Shown here piece by piece: positions 1 to 11,526 of a DNA stretch of 64,000 nucleotides; the first letter of the stretch is position 1, and each line of letters starts with the position of its first letter. A program made the position numbers and the translations under genes. The notes beneath the pieces were generated by a model. That model searched no databases, was not told where the DNA came from, and was given only the letters and a program-made list of their open reading frames with translations. The DNA comes from Eledone cirrhosa (lineage: Eukaryota), in NCBI GenBank assembly GCA_964016885.1, contig OZ024740.1, positions 262,694,001 through 262,758,000 of the forward strand, given 5' to 3'.

Positions 1-275
1 TAATGATCAAGAGAAAGAGCTAGGAATCTAGGGGTGTGATAATGGACGGGGTATTCGAGAAATTGGGGAGGTGAGTTGAGTCCAAGAGGGGAATAGGATC
101 CAAGGCGGTGAATCAGGCTTTGTTCAGTCCTGGTGGACGAGGCCTGTGATCCATGATGTAGAAGGACACCCAGGACAGATTAATGATTATGATGAGTTTG
201 AGAGAGAAGAAAAAAAACGAAGGAGAGAAAGAAGGGGTTGTAGTAGTAGTATTAGTGGTAGACTATTAATAAAAA

Positions 276-586
276 CTAGACCACCCCGTGACCCGTTGGG
301 TCACGTTCACTTCAAAATATCTTTTAAAAATCATGTTCACTTAAAAATAATTTTTAAATAATTAAAATATACGCATATGAAGTGAAATGAAACTGGAAGG
401 CCCATATATATACATGTGTGTATGTATATATATGCGTGTGTGTGAAAACATATATATATGTATGTGTGTGTGTGTCTATCTATATATATGGGTGTCTATA
501 TAGACTGGTCATAGACACACACGCACACACATATATGTAAACACACACACTCACAAATACACACAGCAACACCACTAGCTCCTCCC

Positions 587-626
<40 letters not shown>

Positions 627-879
627 CATTCTCCTTCTCTGCCTCCGCTCCCCCTCTATATGTCTCTCTTTCTCTTTCTCTCTGTTTATGAAGGCACCCG
701 GAAAAACCCTGTATCTCGGGAACTCATAGTCCGATTAATGCGAAACTTGTTTTATTCCATTTGTATTCGAATTTCAGGGTTAACTTCCTTTCAAAGTATT
801 TTCCCATTAAGCGCCCTTTTGGCTGTATTACATTACAGACAAGCAAGCAAGCAATCGCAGAGTTTTAGTCATATATAGA
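276..879 (-). mobile_element. Non-autonomous Helitron
   Basis: Minus strand begins A|TCTATATATGAC (879) and ends GGTCTAG|T (276). A perfect 8-bp GC-rich hairpin CGTGACCC-gtt-GGGTCACG (287-305) lies just before CTAG. No TSD. The interior is microsatellite-rich and non-coding. Confidence 0.8.
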
Positions 880-888
880 TAGATAATA

Positions 889-1055
889 ATGATTTCTACT
901 ATAGGTACAAGACCAGCAATTTCGGGGAGGTGAAAGTCGAATAAATTGATCCCAGTACGCTACTGGTGCTTTATTTTATCGACCTCGTAAGGATGAAAGG
1001 CAAAGCTAATCTCGGCAGGATTTGAACTTAGAACGTAAAGCGCTATAACTCTCTG
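889..1055 (-). mobile_element. tRNA-derived SINE (decayed, 5' part lost)
   Basis: Reverse complement contains B-box-like GTTCAAAATCC and the body CTTTGCCTTTCATCCTTACGAGGTCGATAAAATAAAG shared with copies at 31219 and 56290. Confidence 0.75.
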
Positions 1056-1085
1056 CTGCGAATCAGGTTGTCCGACGCTCTACTG

Positions 1086-1180
1086 AGAAGAAGAAGAAGA
1101 AGAAGAAGAAGAAGAAGAAGAAGAAGAAGAAGAAGAAGAAGAAGAAGAAGAAGAAGAAGAAGAAGAAAAAGAAGAAGAAA
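1086..1180. repeat. (GAA)n microsatellite, followed by purine-rich low-complexity DNA to ~1500
   Basis: Direct reading. Confidence 0.95.
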
Positions 1181-1640
1181 GGAAATAGTAGTAAAAGACG
1201 GAGAAGGCAAAATGAATGATATATAAATGAAAGAAGGAATTTTTTAATGAAGGAATGAAAAAGGAGAAAAACGAAAAAGTTCATTCGGTGGAAGGAGGGG
1301 AGGACGAGGAGTAAGTTGAGGTGGATGGGAATGAGGATGACATGGAAGAGGAGTAAAGAGGAGGGAGAATAGGAGAGGAGAATAAGAATGAGGTGGATGA
1401 GGAGGAGGGCAAAATGGGGAGGAGAAGGAGGAAAAGAAGGATGGGAGGAGGAGAAGGGGGAGGAATAGCAGGATGTGAAAGGGGAGGAGGAGGAATAGAA
1501 AGCCATTAGCTTATATGTGCTATTATTCGACTGAATGAATTAATTACATTATCCCGACATCCGATTAAATTTTGAACAGAGTAAAACATCTGCCTGCTGG
1601 GAAATCTGTCCTAGCACACACAGACGAACACACACACACG

Positions 1641-1702
<62 letters not shown>

Positions 1703-1734
1703 GTCTGTGTCTGTGTCTGTGTGCCTGTATGCAT

Positions 1735-1766
<32 letters not shown>

Positions 1767-1776
1767 GCTCTCTCTC

Positions 1777-1856
<80 letters not shown>

Positions 1857-2380
1857 GGCGTGTGGGAGTGAGTGTGGTGTAGATATATTTTTATTTATTC
1901 TGGGAGTTAGAAAATAAAGGAGTGCCAAAGGCGGTCAAAGCGCCATTAACCATTTACCAGATAACAAAATATCAAGGTAAGTAGGCCCTAAGGTGAGAGC
2001 TCTCAAATTAATCCTTTTTAATGATCTGAGGGTAATCTTAATCTATGGATGCATACTTCCTCCCAGTCATTGGATAACGTTGGAACAGTCAGAATGTGTT
2101 AAACCGGCCATTTCACTGGGAGATATAAATTTGAACGTATATAATTATATAGTTCTGAAGAGGTGAGAACAGTATTGAGCGAATAAAGATATCTTGTCTT
2201 TGAATAATGCTTTTGTAGAGCAAAGAGATACACACATTTACACACACATACACACACTCATACATACATATACACACTCAGATGCATAAACGAATGCACT
2301 CTTATAGCTAGTTCGATGTACACAAACTATCAACCACACATATACACATCCATACGCATCAAGCATATACATACATATAT

Positions 2381-2458
<78 letters not shown>

Positions 2459-2502
2459 ATAATAATAAAATTGAAGACTAAAATCCAAAGAGGGCTCGAA
2501 TT

Positions 2503-2553
2503 AGTTTCAGAAGATCCCGTTAAGGGTGAAAGCAGCGATTCTTTGCTTAAACT
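2503..2553 (+). ncRNA. Type I hammerhead-like motif with variant core CAGAAGA (solo PLE 3' tip between TA tracts)
   Basis: AGTTT-CAGAAGA-TCCCgttaaGGGT-GAAA-GCAgcgattcttTGC-TT-AAACT. Stems I and III pair perfectly. Identical to the motif at 10851. Confidence 0.65.
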
Positions 2554-2575
2554 TTAATCTGTTATTTTAATAAAT

Positions 2576-2700
<125 letters not shown>

Positions 2701-2785
2701 GGTATAGAAATTGTTTTAGCGAGAAGCTAATAGTATTCTATAACATATATGCGACTATGGCGTCAAGATGGGAAAAGTAGTTAAC

Positions 2786-2836
<51 letters not shown>

Positions 2837-3189
2837 TATATATATATACACAAACACACACACACACAAATACACACATTTATATATATATATACATATA
2901 TATATATATGAGTGCATGTCTGTCTGAATATATATATATAAGCGTATGTATCATTATATTATAATATATTACACACACACACATACATATATATAAGTTT
3001 CTGTGTGTTTGTATATATATAATTCAAAATTACAAAAGAGTCAAGGAAAGAAATTATGATTTATTCTTTTATTACTTAATCGTCCAGTTTATACTCCGGA
3101 GAAAACTGTGGAGAGTTGCATGCATGACCTTCTCTCATCTTATCAAAGAAAATAGTGAAGTGCTACATTTAATCATATAGCCGCTTCAG

Positions 3190-5280
3190 TACCCAGCCAT
3201 AGCGTTGTAAAAGCTGTGCAAGGCAGCTTCTTCCCGGGTTAAAGCCATGCTGGGTGTTAGGAGGTTTTTATCCTCGAGGAAATTGATAAGTTTCTTTCTA
3301 ATTATTCGTTCCATATCTTTACTGGTATTTGAGGTTAACGAGACCGTCCTGCAATTTTTAGCCTCTGCTTTGCTTTCTTCTTTATGGATAGGGAATATTA
3401 TGCCTTCTTATAGCTCTCTGGGTAGTTTACCGCTAACCAAGCAACTTCTGTTCTGAAGAGGATCTTCAGGGATCTTGCTAAGGTACACTTGCATGTTTCA
3501 GTAGGATTGCAGGGCAAACAGCATGTCCAGCAGCTGAGTTTGCTCACATCTCTTCTTTGGAGGATATGGAATCTTCCTCTGTATAACTATATGGCTGATG
3601 GTCGCCATTTGTCCGTGTAGTGCTGTAGCATCAAAGAATTTCTCTGGCTTTGGTATTTGCATGTGCCTCATTGGGTGTGTGAAAACACTTTTGTACTGTT
3701 CATTGAATATGTCATTTATCCATTGAGGGTCCTCGGTCAGTGAGCTATTTTGATGAAAAATTGGCCCAATTAAGTAGTGTACCAAGACAATCTCTTTTTC
3801 AAATTTAAAGAAGACCTTAGGGGATGGTTCTATATTTTTCTTGGCCCTGGCTTCTCTTTTTGCCCTCTTACTTTCAATGGAAATTTTCATTGCAGTTTCA
3901 ATTATAAGCAGTAATTGCTTCAAATAGGGTTCTTTGTTGTTTTTCTGTTGTGTATTTAACAGATTTTATACCATTGTTGTTCACCTCATAAGGATTTTCA
4001 TGTCCCTGGGAATAACATTTTTGTGTCTGTTGGCCTTTGTTTCCGGAACAAACTTACGAAATTTGGTTTGTATTGTTGTCATAAAATGTTGAAATTGTGC
4101 GTTGATGTCTTATGTGGATATGTCACTCCAGTTTTGCTTCGGGATCTCTTACTAGATCCTTTTTCAGTTAGTCTTGTGAAAATGTAGGCTTGATAGATTC
4201 CCGGTGCTTCATGTTGGTTGCATCCCTACAGAGTCCCTCAGACAATATATCATTAGTTTTACTATATTATAATTCGAGAAATTTGTGGATGAGTACTATA
4301 TTATTTGTAAAGCAGAAATCCAGGACATTCTCACCTCTTGTTGGGAGGAGTACTACTTGTTCCATGAACAGTCTGTTTGTAAGGCCCATATGAGATTCTG
4401 TCTGTCTCTGTTCATGTGCTGTCATTACTGAGAGGAGGTGGCCATTTGACCTTGGGAAGGTTAAAACTCCCAGCCGTTGTACGTTGAGACTCTGATCCAA
4501 TTTGCTAACGACTTCTATCTTTCTTAGGCTATCTTCAACCTTACCTTCATGAGTAGTGTCGTTCGGTGGCTGGTATGTGATACATATTATCATTTTGATT
4601 TGGTTCACTTGTACTATTACCTTGTCGCAAACTGGAGTGGAATGTGAAAATAATACTACAATGTGACAGCTTCACGAATGTACAGAGCAACACCACCATG
4701 AGTTCTCCCTCTCCTGTCAGCATGAAATACATAATTTGGTAGCTGTATTTTCGCATCTGCTATGTTAGCTGCCAGGTGAGTTTCAGTTAGTGCCATGCAT
4801 ATTGCTTGATTGCTTGTGGCTAGGTCACTTAGGTAGCGGGTCTTACACGTGTTGGTCAGATTCACCAGGCCTCTGGCATTTAGTAGTAGCACTTGTATGA
4901 CATTTGGTGTATCAGTGGTGACTGCTGATATGGCATTTGCGTAGGTATCAATGTTGACCACACCGGGTCCTTTATGGTGACCAGAAGTGTTGATATGACT
5001 GACTTTAGATTTGTATTTGATGAAGCCCCATCAGCTGTCTCACAATCTTTTCCACCATTTAAAAAAAAAGACTGTTGAGAGCACCCCATCCCCACTCTCA
5101 CCTTCTCTCCCACTTGAGTGCTTGTATAGATGTAAGTTTTCCCTTTTGAGATACACCAAGTCTCATTGGATTGAATATAACTGTAAGCCAATTGGCCAAC
5201 CTTGTTGCACACACGGTTTCCCCACTGAGTCCCCCTGAGAATCAATTTACACATATACTTGTCTGTGGAAGACTCAGCTA
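3190..5280 (-). pseudogene. Decayed APE-type LINE (CR1/L2/Jockey group): endonuclease plus N-terminal RT
   Basis: APE motifs LLLNARGL, ALTETHL, DRRGRTHGGVALYIRE, ITYQPPN, PTRGENVLDFCFTN. RT-start motifs IFPIHK..KNCRTVSLTS..MERII and QHGF near 3250-3400. Many stops and frameshifts. Confidence 0.8.
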
Positions 5281-7390
5281 TTTACACCTTCATTTCAAAA
5301 GCAAGGTAAGTTGATTGACCACTTGTAAATCTCATCGTCGAAACCGACGGAGCTCCAGCACAAGGATGTGTGTGTGCAATGGTTTGCGTGTGTATTTGTG
5401 TCTGTATTAGCGCGTGTAAATGTGTGCCTTTCGTTGTGCGTGTGTGTGTGTGTGTGTGTGTGTATGTATTATTGCGTGTAGATGTGTGCTTTTGGTTGTA
5501 CGTGTGTCTGTGTGTGCGTGTATGTGTTAGTGTGTATGCATGTGTTTTTGCATGTGTATTTGTGTGTGTATGCATGTATTATAGCGTGCATATGTGTGTT
5601 TGTATGTGTGTGTTTGTGTGTTATCAAATTTCCCGTTCAGAACAGAAACAGTTTTTGTCGATGTTCAGAAATCATTTTCATTCATCACATTCTAACTCAA
5701 AACATTTTCCTCATTATTCCCACTAAGAGACATAACTGTCATCCATACCACTGGATCTTACATTTCTCTATTGCTACCTATCATTATCTGTTTCCCTCCA
5801 TCGCACATACACTTCTTGTTCAATCACCAACAATTAATTTTCTAATCACTATTTCCTCAAACATTACGAACATATTTCATTCAGTATCTAAAAATATTTA
5901 TGATGCCTTTTTTTCTGCCATTTACTTCCCACAATATACAAGACCCCCGGTGAAAATGTAAATTTGTCCGATGATAGGAAGCCTGATTTGAACTCAGAAT
6001 GCATAAATCTGGATCAGATACCACAAAGATTCCATCTGTTTTTTAAGGATTTCGCCACTACACTAGTTTGGCATGTTACTTATCCAAACCGAAATAATGA
6101 ACGGTAAATTGAACTCGTGTGCAGAGCGCTGGGGTAATTATCGTGGCAAAAGTCAAATATTAAGCGCTGTGTGAAGTGTGTGCTCTTAATTTGTTCACTT
6201 TCATTCTGTATTTCTGGAAAAAGATTTCATTTAAAATGTTTACCGTCCATTTATACAATAAGTGATACATAAAAAGACTATAATAAGAATATTAAAAAAA
6301 TACATAGACACTTGTTCGCATTCAGTAAAAAATGCCGTCTATGATTTTTGAGAGAGGAACTCAGAAACCGTGTGGATAGGTGCATGTGTGTGTATGTGTG
6401 TGTTTGTATATATCTCTTATTCTAGTTATCTAGATATTTAGCTTCGTAAATTGTGTTCCCTTCTCACAGTTATGATCTCGGTTTGGCAAGTTGATAAACC
6501 TAGTTTGTAATACTTCTTGCTCTGATCATACTAAAAAATGAATATGCCTGCATTTTTTACTACCCATACTACAAACAGCCACGCTAGATCCTGTTACAGA
6601 TCATAACGCCATATGACCCTCTCCACTGTTTTGGATATTTCTATATCACTGTTAAGCGACAAAGATGTTTAGTATTTTATTTATTGATCGCATGAAAGTA
6701 TTATATAATAGCGTGATTCACAATAAATGAGTACATGAAAGCATATATGATACAATAATCGTTGATCATAGTTAAATATACTGAAACGTTACTGTTCTCA
6801 AACGACTACTGAAATAGATTAAAACCGTCATAGCGGGACTTTATTATAGTTTCTTTATTTTTCAGCAATGCATCTTTATAAGCGCCTGTGTAGTTGTCTT
6901 AATGTTAGTGCTGTCCATGCATATTTCAAATCTGAAGTCTCCTTCATAATGGCGTATGCAACTTCATGTATACGAACAGTCAGATCGTTCTACTGGTACG
7001 ATAAAATTAACTATTTACACGATTTCAACGCATTTTGGTTTCTGTGTCCGAAAAGACCGCCGGGTATCACTGACTCATATGTGCCCTTTGTACTCTATCT
7101 GTGATGGCACATAATGAGCTCATATTATGATTATTGCATTTTGCCATAGGATAAGCCTGCAGCTGCTAAATCATAAACAGAGAAGACATATTGACAGAGA
7201 GAGAAAGGTAGATGCATACGTTCATATGTAAAAATTCATATATATAATTACACACACATATATATACTCATGCACACACATATATATACATACACACTCA
7301 CATTTAGACACATACACTCGTTCATATGCATATATGCAAATATATATATATATATATACAAATTATGCATAGAAACTAATCGAAGATTAT

Positions 7391-7422
<32 letters not shown>

Positions 7423-7423
7423 G

Positions 7424-7504
<81 letters not shown>

Positions 7505-7984
7505 GGGTGGTTGCAGATTTATAAAAAGTGGATTGGCTGAAATAAGTAAGGTGCTGCCAGCTACCAAGGCAGAAGTAGAGGGGACTGATCAATTTAAAGA
7601 TGGTTTATAATGTATTCCCCCTACCAACTATGGCGTACAATAATCTCTTTCTTGCATATTCGACTGACACCATCAAATATGTATCTATCTATGTGTGTAC
7701 GCAATTTTAATTTTTCAACGAAGCTTCGGTGTTCATGTCAGTGCTAACTACTTCAAGACATACCGATTCAAAAACTCCGATGCCCCTGTTACCTTTCTCG
7801 TCAGAAAATTAAAATTATACTCTGCTCACGAGCATTCAATTTAAATTCAGGGAATGGTTGATCATATTTATATATACACTTATACATTTAACAACCCTTG
7901 ATACCTGAATCGTGCTCTCGTCTTGAAATCGGTGGTAGTCTCAGAGTTAAGTCTTTTAATACCCCACTCACCCATATATATATA

Positions 7985-8450
7985 TATAAACGTTTGAATT
8001 TGTAAAGCCAAACAATGCAGGTATGGACATAGAATAAAAATGCAAATTCAAAAGATATTGTTGACAATTAGTCGTTTACCTTAGATTTATTTAAATGTCC
8101 TTAATTTTCGAGATAATATCTCTTCTTCGGAGGGAAGTAAAGCGGTTAAACCAGTGTTATAAATAGCTTGCGAAGTCATGCTGACAGGAAATGGTATAGA
8201 GTATCTGTTCTATCTCTAATGTCAAAGAGTTAAGGTTAGGTGGATAAAGAGTAGTCTCCCTTTAAAAGTGTTTTTTTTTACATGTCTGTTTCAGTGTGTG
8301 GGAGAATGCGTGAATGTGTAAGTATGTGTGTGTGTGTGTGTGAGTGTGAGAAGATATGTCAATACGTAAATGTGGGGGATAGATGTTCTCTCGTGTTAGA
8401 ACTGGTCTTTGTGTATGTATGTGTGTGAGAGAGAATAAGCGGAGGTGTAA

Positions 8451-8514
<64 letters not shown>

Positions 8515-8994
8515 CCGTGTGTGTGTGTGGGGGGGGGGGTTGTAAGTATGGGGCTAGATGCTCTATCAAGTTATAAATTGGGTGTTGAGTTCTAGTCTAT
8601 TATTGATTGGTGGTTGTGTTTTATCTATAATTAGTGCTTCCTTCATTCTAAGATTGCCAAGGTTTCTTTCCTTAGTTTCTATCCTAACTGTTATGGTTTT
8701 GTCGGTGTTTTTGCATTTCACTAGGTGTTTCTTAAATGAGGAATCGTTAGTATTGAGGTGTTCTTTTATTCTTATGTGGAGTGGTCTTGTGGTGCTACCT
8801 ACGTAGAAGTTGCTGCATTTGTCGCACTCTAGTCTGTATACGACGAAAGCCTGGTGGCATAGGTCTGTGTCGTTGATGGGGCAGTTGGCTAGCCTGCAGC
8901 GGTTGTCATGTCTGGTGGAGAGTCTTTTGGTTAGCTGTCCGCGTAGAGAAGGTCCTGAGTGGGCCAGTTGGATATGAGCAAGCCAATCGTACAT
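7985..8994 (-). mobile_element. 5'-truncated Penelope-like element: GIY-YIG endonuclease plus 3' UTR
   Basis: ORF 8566-8994 has VVYRLECDKCSNFYVGSTTRPLHIRIKEH...EALII...PPIN, homologous to ORF 44123-44419. The UTR runs to a TA tract and carries an HHR-like motif. Confidence 0.85.
8099..8133 (-). ncRNA. Minimal type I hammerhead-like motif, core CCGAAGA
   Basis: Minus strand reads CCT-CCGAAGA-A-GAGATattATCTC-GAAA-AT-TA-AGG, in the same sense as the PLE ORF. Confidence 0.55.
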
Positions 8995-9240
8995 TTAGTT
9001 GTCACGTGTTATTTCCAACAAGGGAAGCAGTCCCCGGTTTTTGGCGTGTAGATTCAAAGGAAATATTATAATTTCTGCTAACATTCAGAATAAAAGCTCT
9101 CAACCATATGTTATTAAACAAACACCAATAATTAACCAATCAACAGAATTGTCTAATTAAATTAATTAGTTAATTATTAAATCTAGGAGAAAATAATACT
9201 TCATTTCATCAACAGGTATATCATTCTGCTAAAAATCGGA

Positions 9241-10912
9241 GTGGACATTTGTTGGTATAACCCACCATATAATATGGAGGTGGCCACACCATTAGCTAAG
9301 ATCTTTCTTTCCCTTATTACGAAGCATTTTCCCCCTACACATAAGTATAGTAAAATTTTTAATAGAAATACTATTAAAATTTCTTACTCTACGACTCCTA
9401 ACCTGGCACATAACATCACAGCTTCAAATTTAGCTAAACTACCTGGCCTTAGGAACACGTGCAACCATGTAGTTAGTACTAACTGTAATTGTAGGAATCG
9501 GGTTGACTGCCCCCTATCCGGGAAATGTCTCCCTAGTAACATTGTCTACAAATGTAAGGTTGTAACACCCACGTCCCGTAGGGCCTACATAGGGTTAACC
9601 GCCTATAGATTTAGGCAGCATCTTTACATGCATACCGATTCTTTTCGTTACCCTCTAAGAAGGAATATGACGTCACTTTCAGCTTATATCTGGAGTCTAA
9701 AAGACAACCACACCCAATATAAGTTACACTGGGAGATCCTAGCTAGGGCTAGATCGTATAACGGAAATAAAAGACCAAGTGACCTCTGCGCCGCTGAGGC
9801 CCTGGAAATACTCTACGCCACAGACCACATCTTAAACAAAAAATCTGAGGCAATTTCGGCTTGTAAACAGAAATTGCACAAAACTTTCCTGTATTACAGC
9901 CCACGTTATACCCTAACGGATAGTACGATTTATACGTGGATATTTTACGTCTTGATGTGGGAGTTAAGTATGTTTTGTTTATACCATTACTTATTTGCAT
10001 AGGTAAGTATATTTTACCCGTTTGTTTTGTGAAGGTACGTATACCTTCTCGTACGTATATTTGATTGTTTATGTTATGGCGTATAATTTCATATATTCTG
10101 GTACATATGGTTTGGCTATGTGTATACGGGAGTTTTGCGTCTGTGTGAGTATGCAGGTTCGTACGTATGTACGGTGTGTGTATATGTGTACTTCAGGTTT
10201 TGGTTGACTTACGTCTCCGAACATTCGTGTATGTATATGTAGGTATGTGTGTGCGCTTGTTATATACGTATTTATTTATTTATATACGTTTATATAATTA
10301 TTTATTTATTTTATACACGCATACACACACATATTTATATGTGCGTGGTTTTGTATACCGATGGTAAGTGTTCTGCGTATGCTTGTGTATGTACGTATTT
10401 GTTTGCGTGTATGTATTTATTTATTTATATTAATTCTGTATTGTATTTATTTACTTTGTTCTTAACTCTGTAGCGGAGATTCATTCGGTCTCCTAGTTAC
10501 AATTTTAGTCTACGACTTCTGCTATACCATTTACGTGGTTTTGTCTTTGCGTGCTATTGTTCTCCACGCTCCACATATGACTTATTATCTTCGTGTTTTC
10601 GTTCATTGCCAGAGAACGTCTATATGCACCAGCTAAGAGAACATTAGTCTACGACCTCTTTTATACCATAAACGTGGTTTTGTCTTTGCGCGTAATTGTT
10701 TTCCACCGCTCCAATTAATGACGTATTATTCGTTTTTTCCCGTTCTTTGCCAGCGAACGTTCCCACGAACCAAAGTATCGTCTTCCTGTCTTCCTCCGGT
10801 TGCAACGTATTTTGAAATATCCACTTCTGCGTTTACAGATTGACTTTGTTAGTTTCAGAAGATCCCGTTAAGGGTGAAAGCAGCGATTCTTTGCTTAAAC
10901 TGTAATCTGTTA

Positions 10913-10920
<8 letters not shown>
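9241..10920 (+). mobile_element. 5'-truncated Penelope-like element (probably Hydra-type): RT C-terminus, Cys linker, GIY-YIG, long 3' UTR
   Basis: ORF 9241-10002 has WYNPPY, KIFNRNTIKISYS, CNCRNRVDCPLSGKC, IVYKCKV..AYIGLT..F..H..SF, LC..E, LNKKSE. It ends with an HHR and then (TA)n at ~10919. Same family as 25425-27700. Confidence 0.88.
10851..10901 (+). ncRNA. Type I hammerhead-like motif (CAGAAGA core) at PLE 3' end
   Basis: AGTTT-CAGAAGA-TCCCGTTAAGGGT-GAAA-GCAGCGATTCTTTGC-TT-AAACT, about 20 bp before the terminal (TA)n. Confidence 0.65.
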
Positions 10921-10968
<48 letters not shown>

Positions 10969-11526
10969 ATAAAGAATGTTTTTAGGCTTTGATGATATTA
11001 TTGACACATTTATTTTCAATGGACTAATATCGATTCATATTCGATATCTCAACGTCTATGTTCATTGTTACTCTGCAATATTCGAAACAACTTGTCAGCC
11101 ATTAAATATATATACGTATCCATAAACCTTTGTTGTTCTTTCCAGTATTCTAAATACAACACACACACACACGCACACACAAACACACACGCACGCACAC
11201 ACGCACACACACACTCAAATATATATATACAGTTATTAAGGCCAGTTACTACAACAACACCATCAAAATATGTAAATATATATGTGTATATATATATGCT
11301 ATTTCACATATCAGCTTCTATTTCTCCCGCATGTGAACAAAACGTTATTATATGTAAACCAGAAGACACATAATTAATCATTTTATTATTATTTCTTTTA
11401 GTAGCTAAAACTATTATCGGTGTCTTTCAAACGTCTAGAAAATCGGACTATCACCTTTTCATTTAGTGTCACTGCAGCTTATTATGAAACAAGTAATCCG
11501 CTCTCTATCGCTATATAGATAGATAC

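Noticed and set aside
9241-10002. Selenocysteine-encoding (Naiad-type) PLE
   Set aside because: The endonuclease is C-terminal and the conserved Cys positions are ordinary Cys codons. No in-frame TGA pattern is seen.
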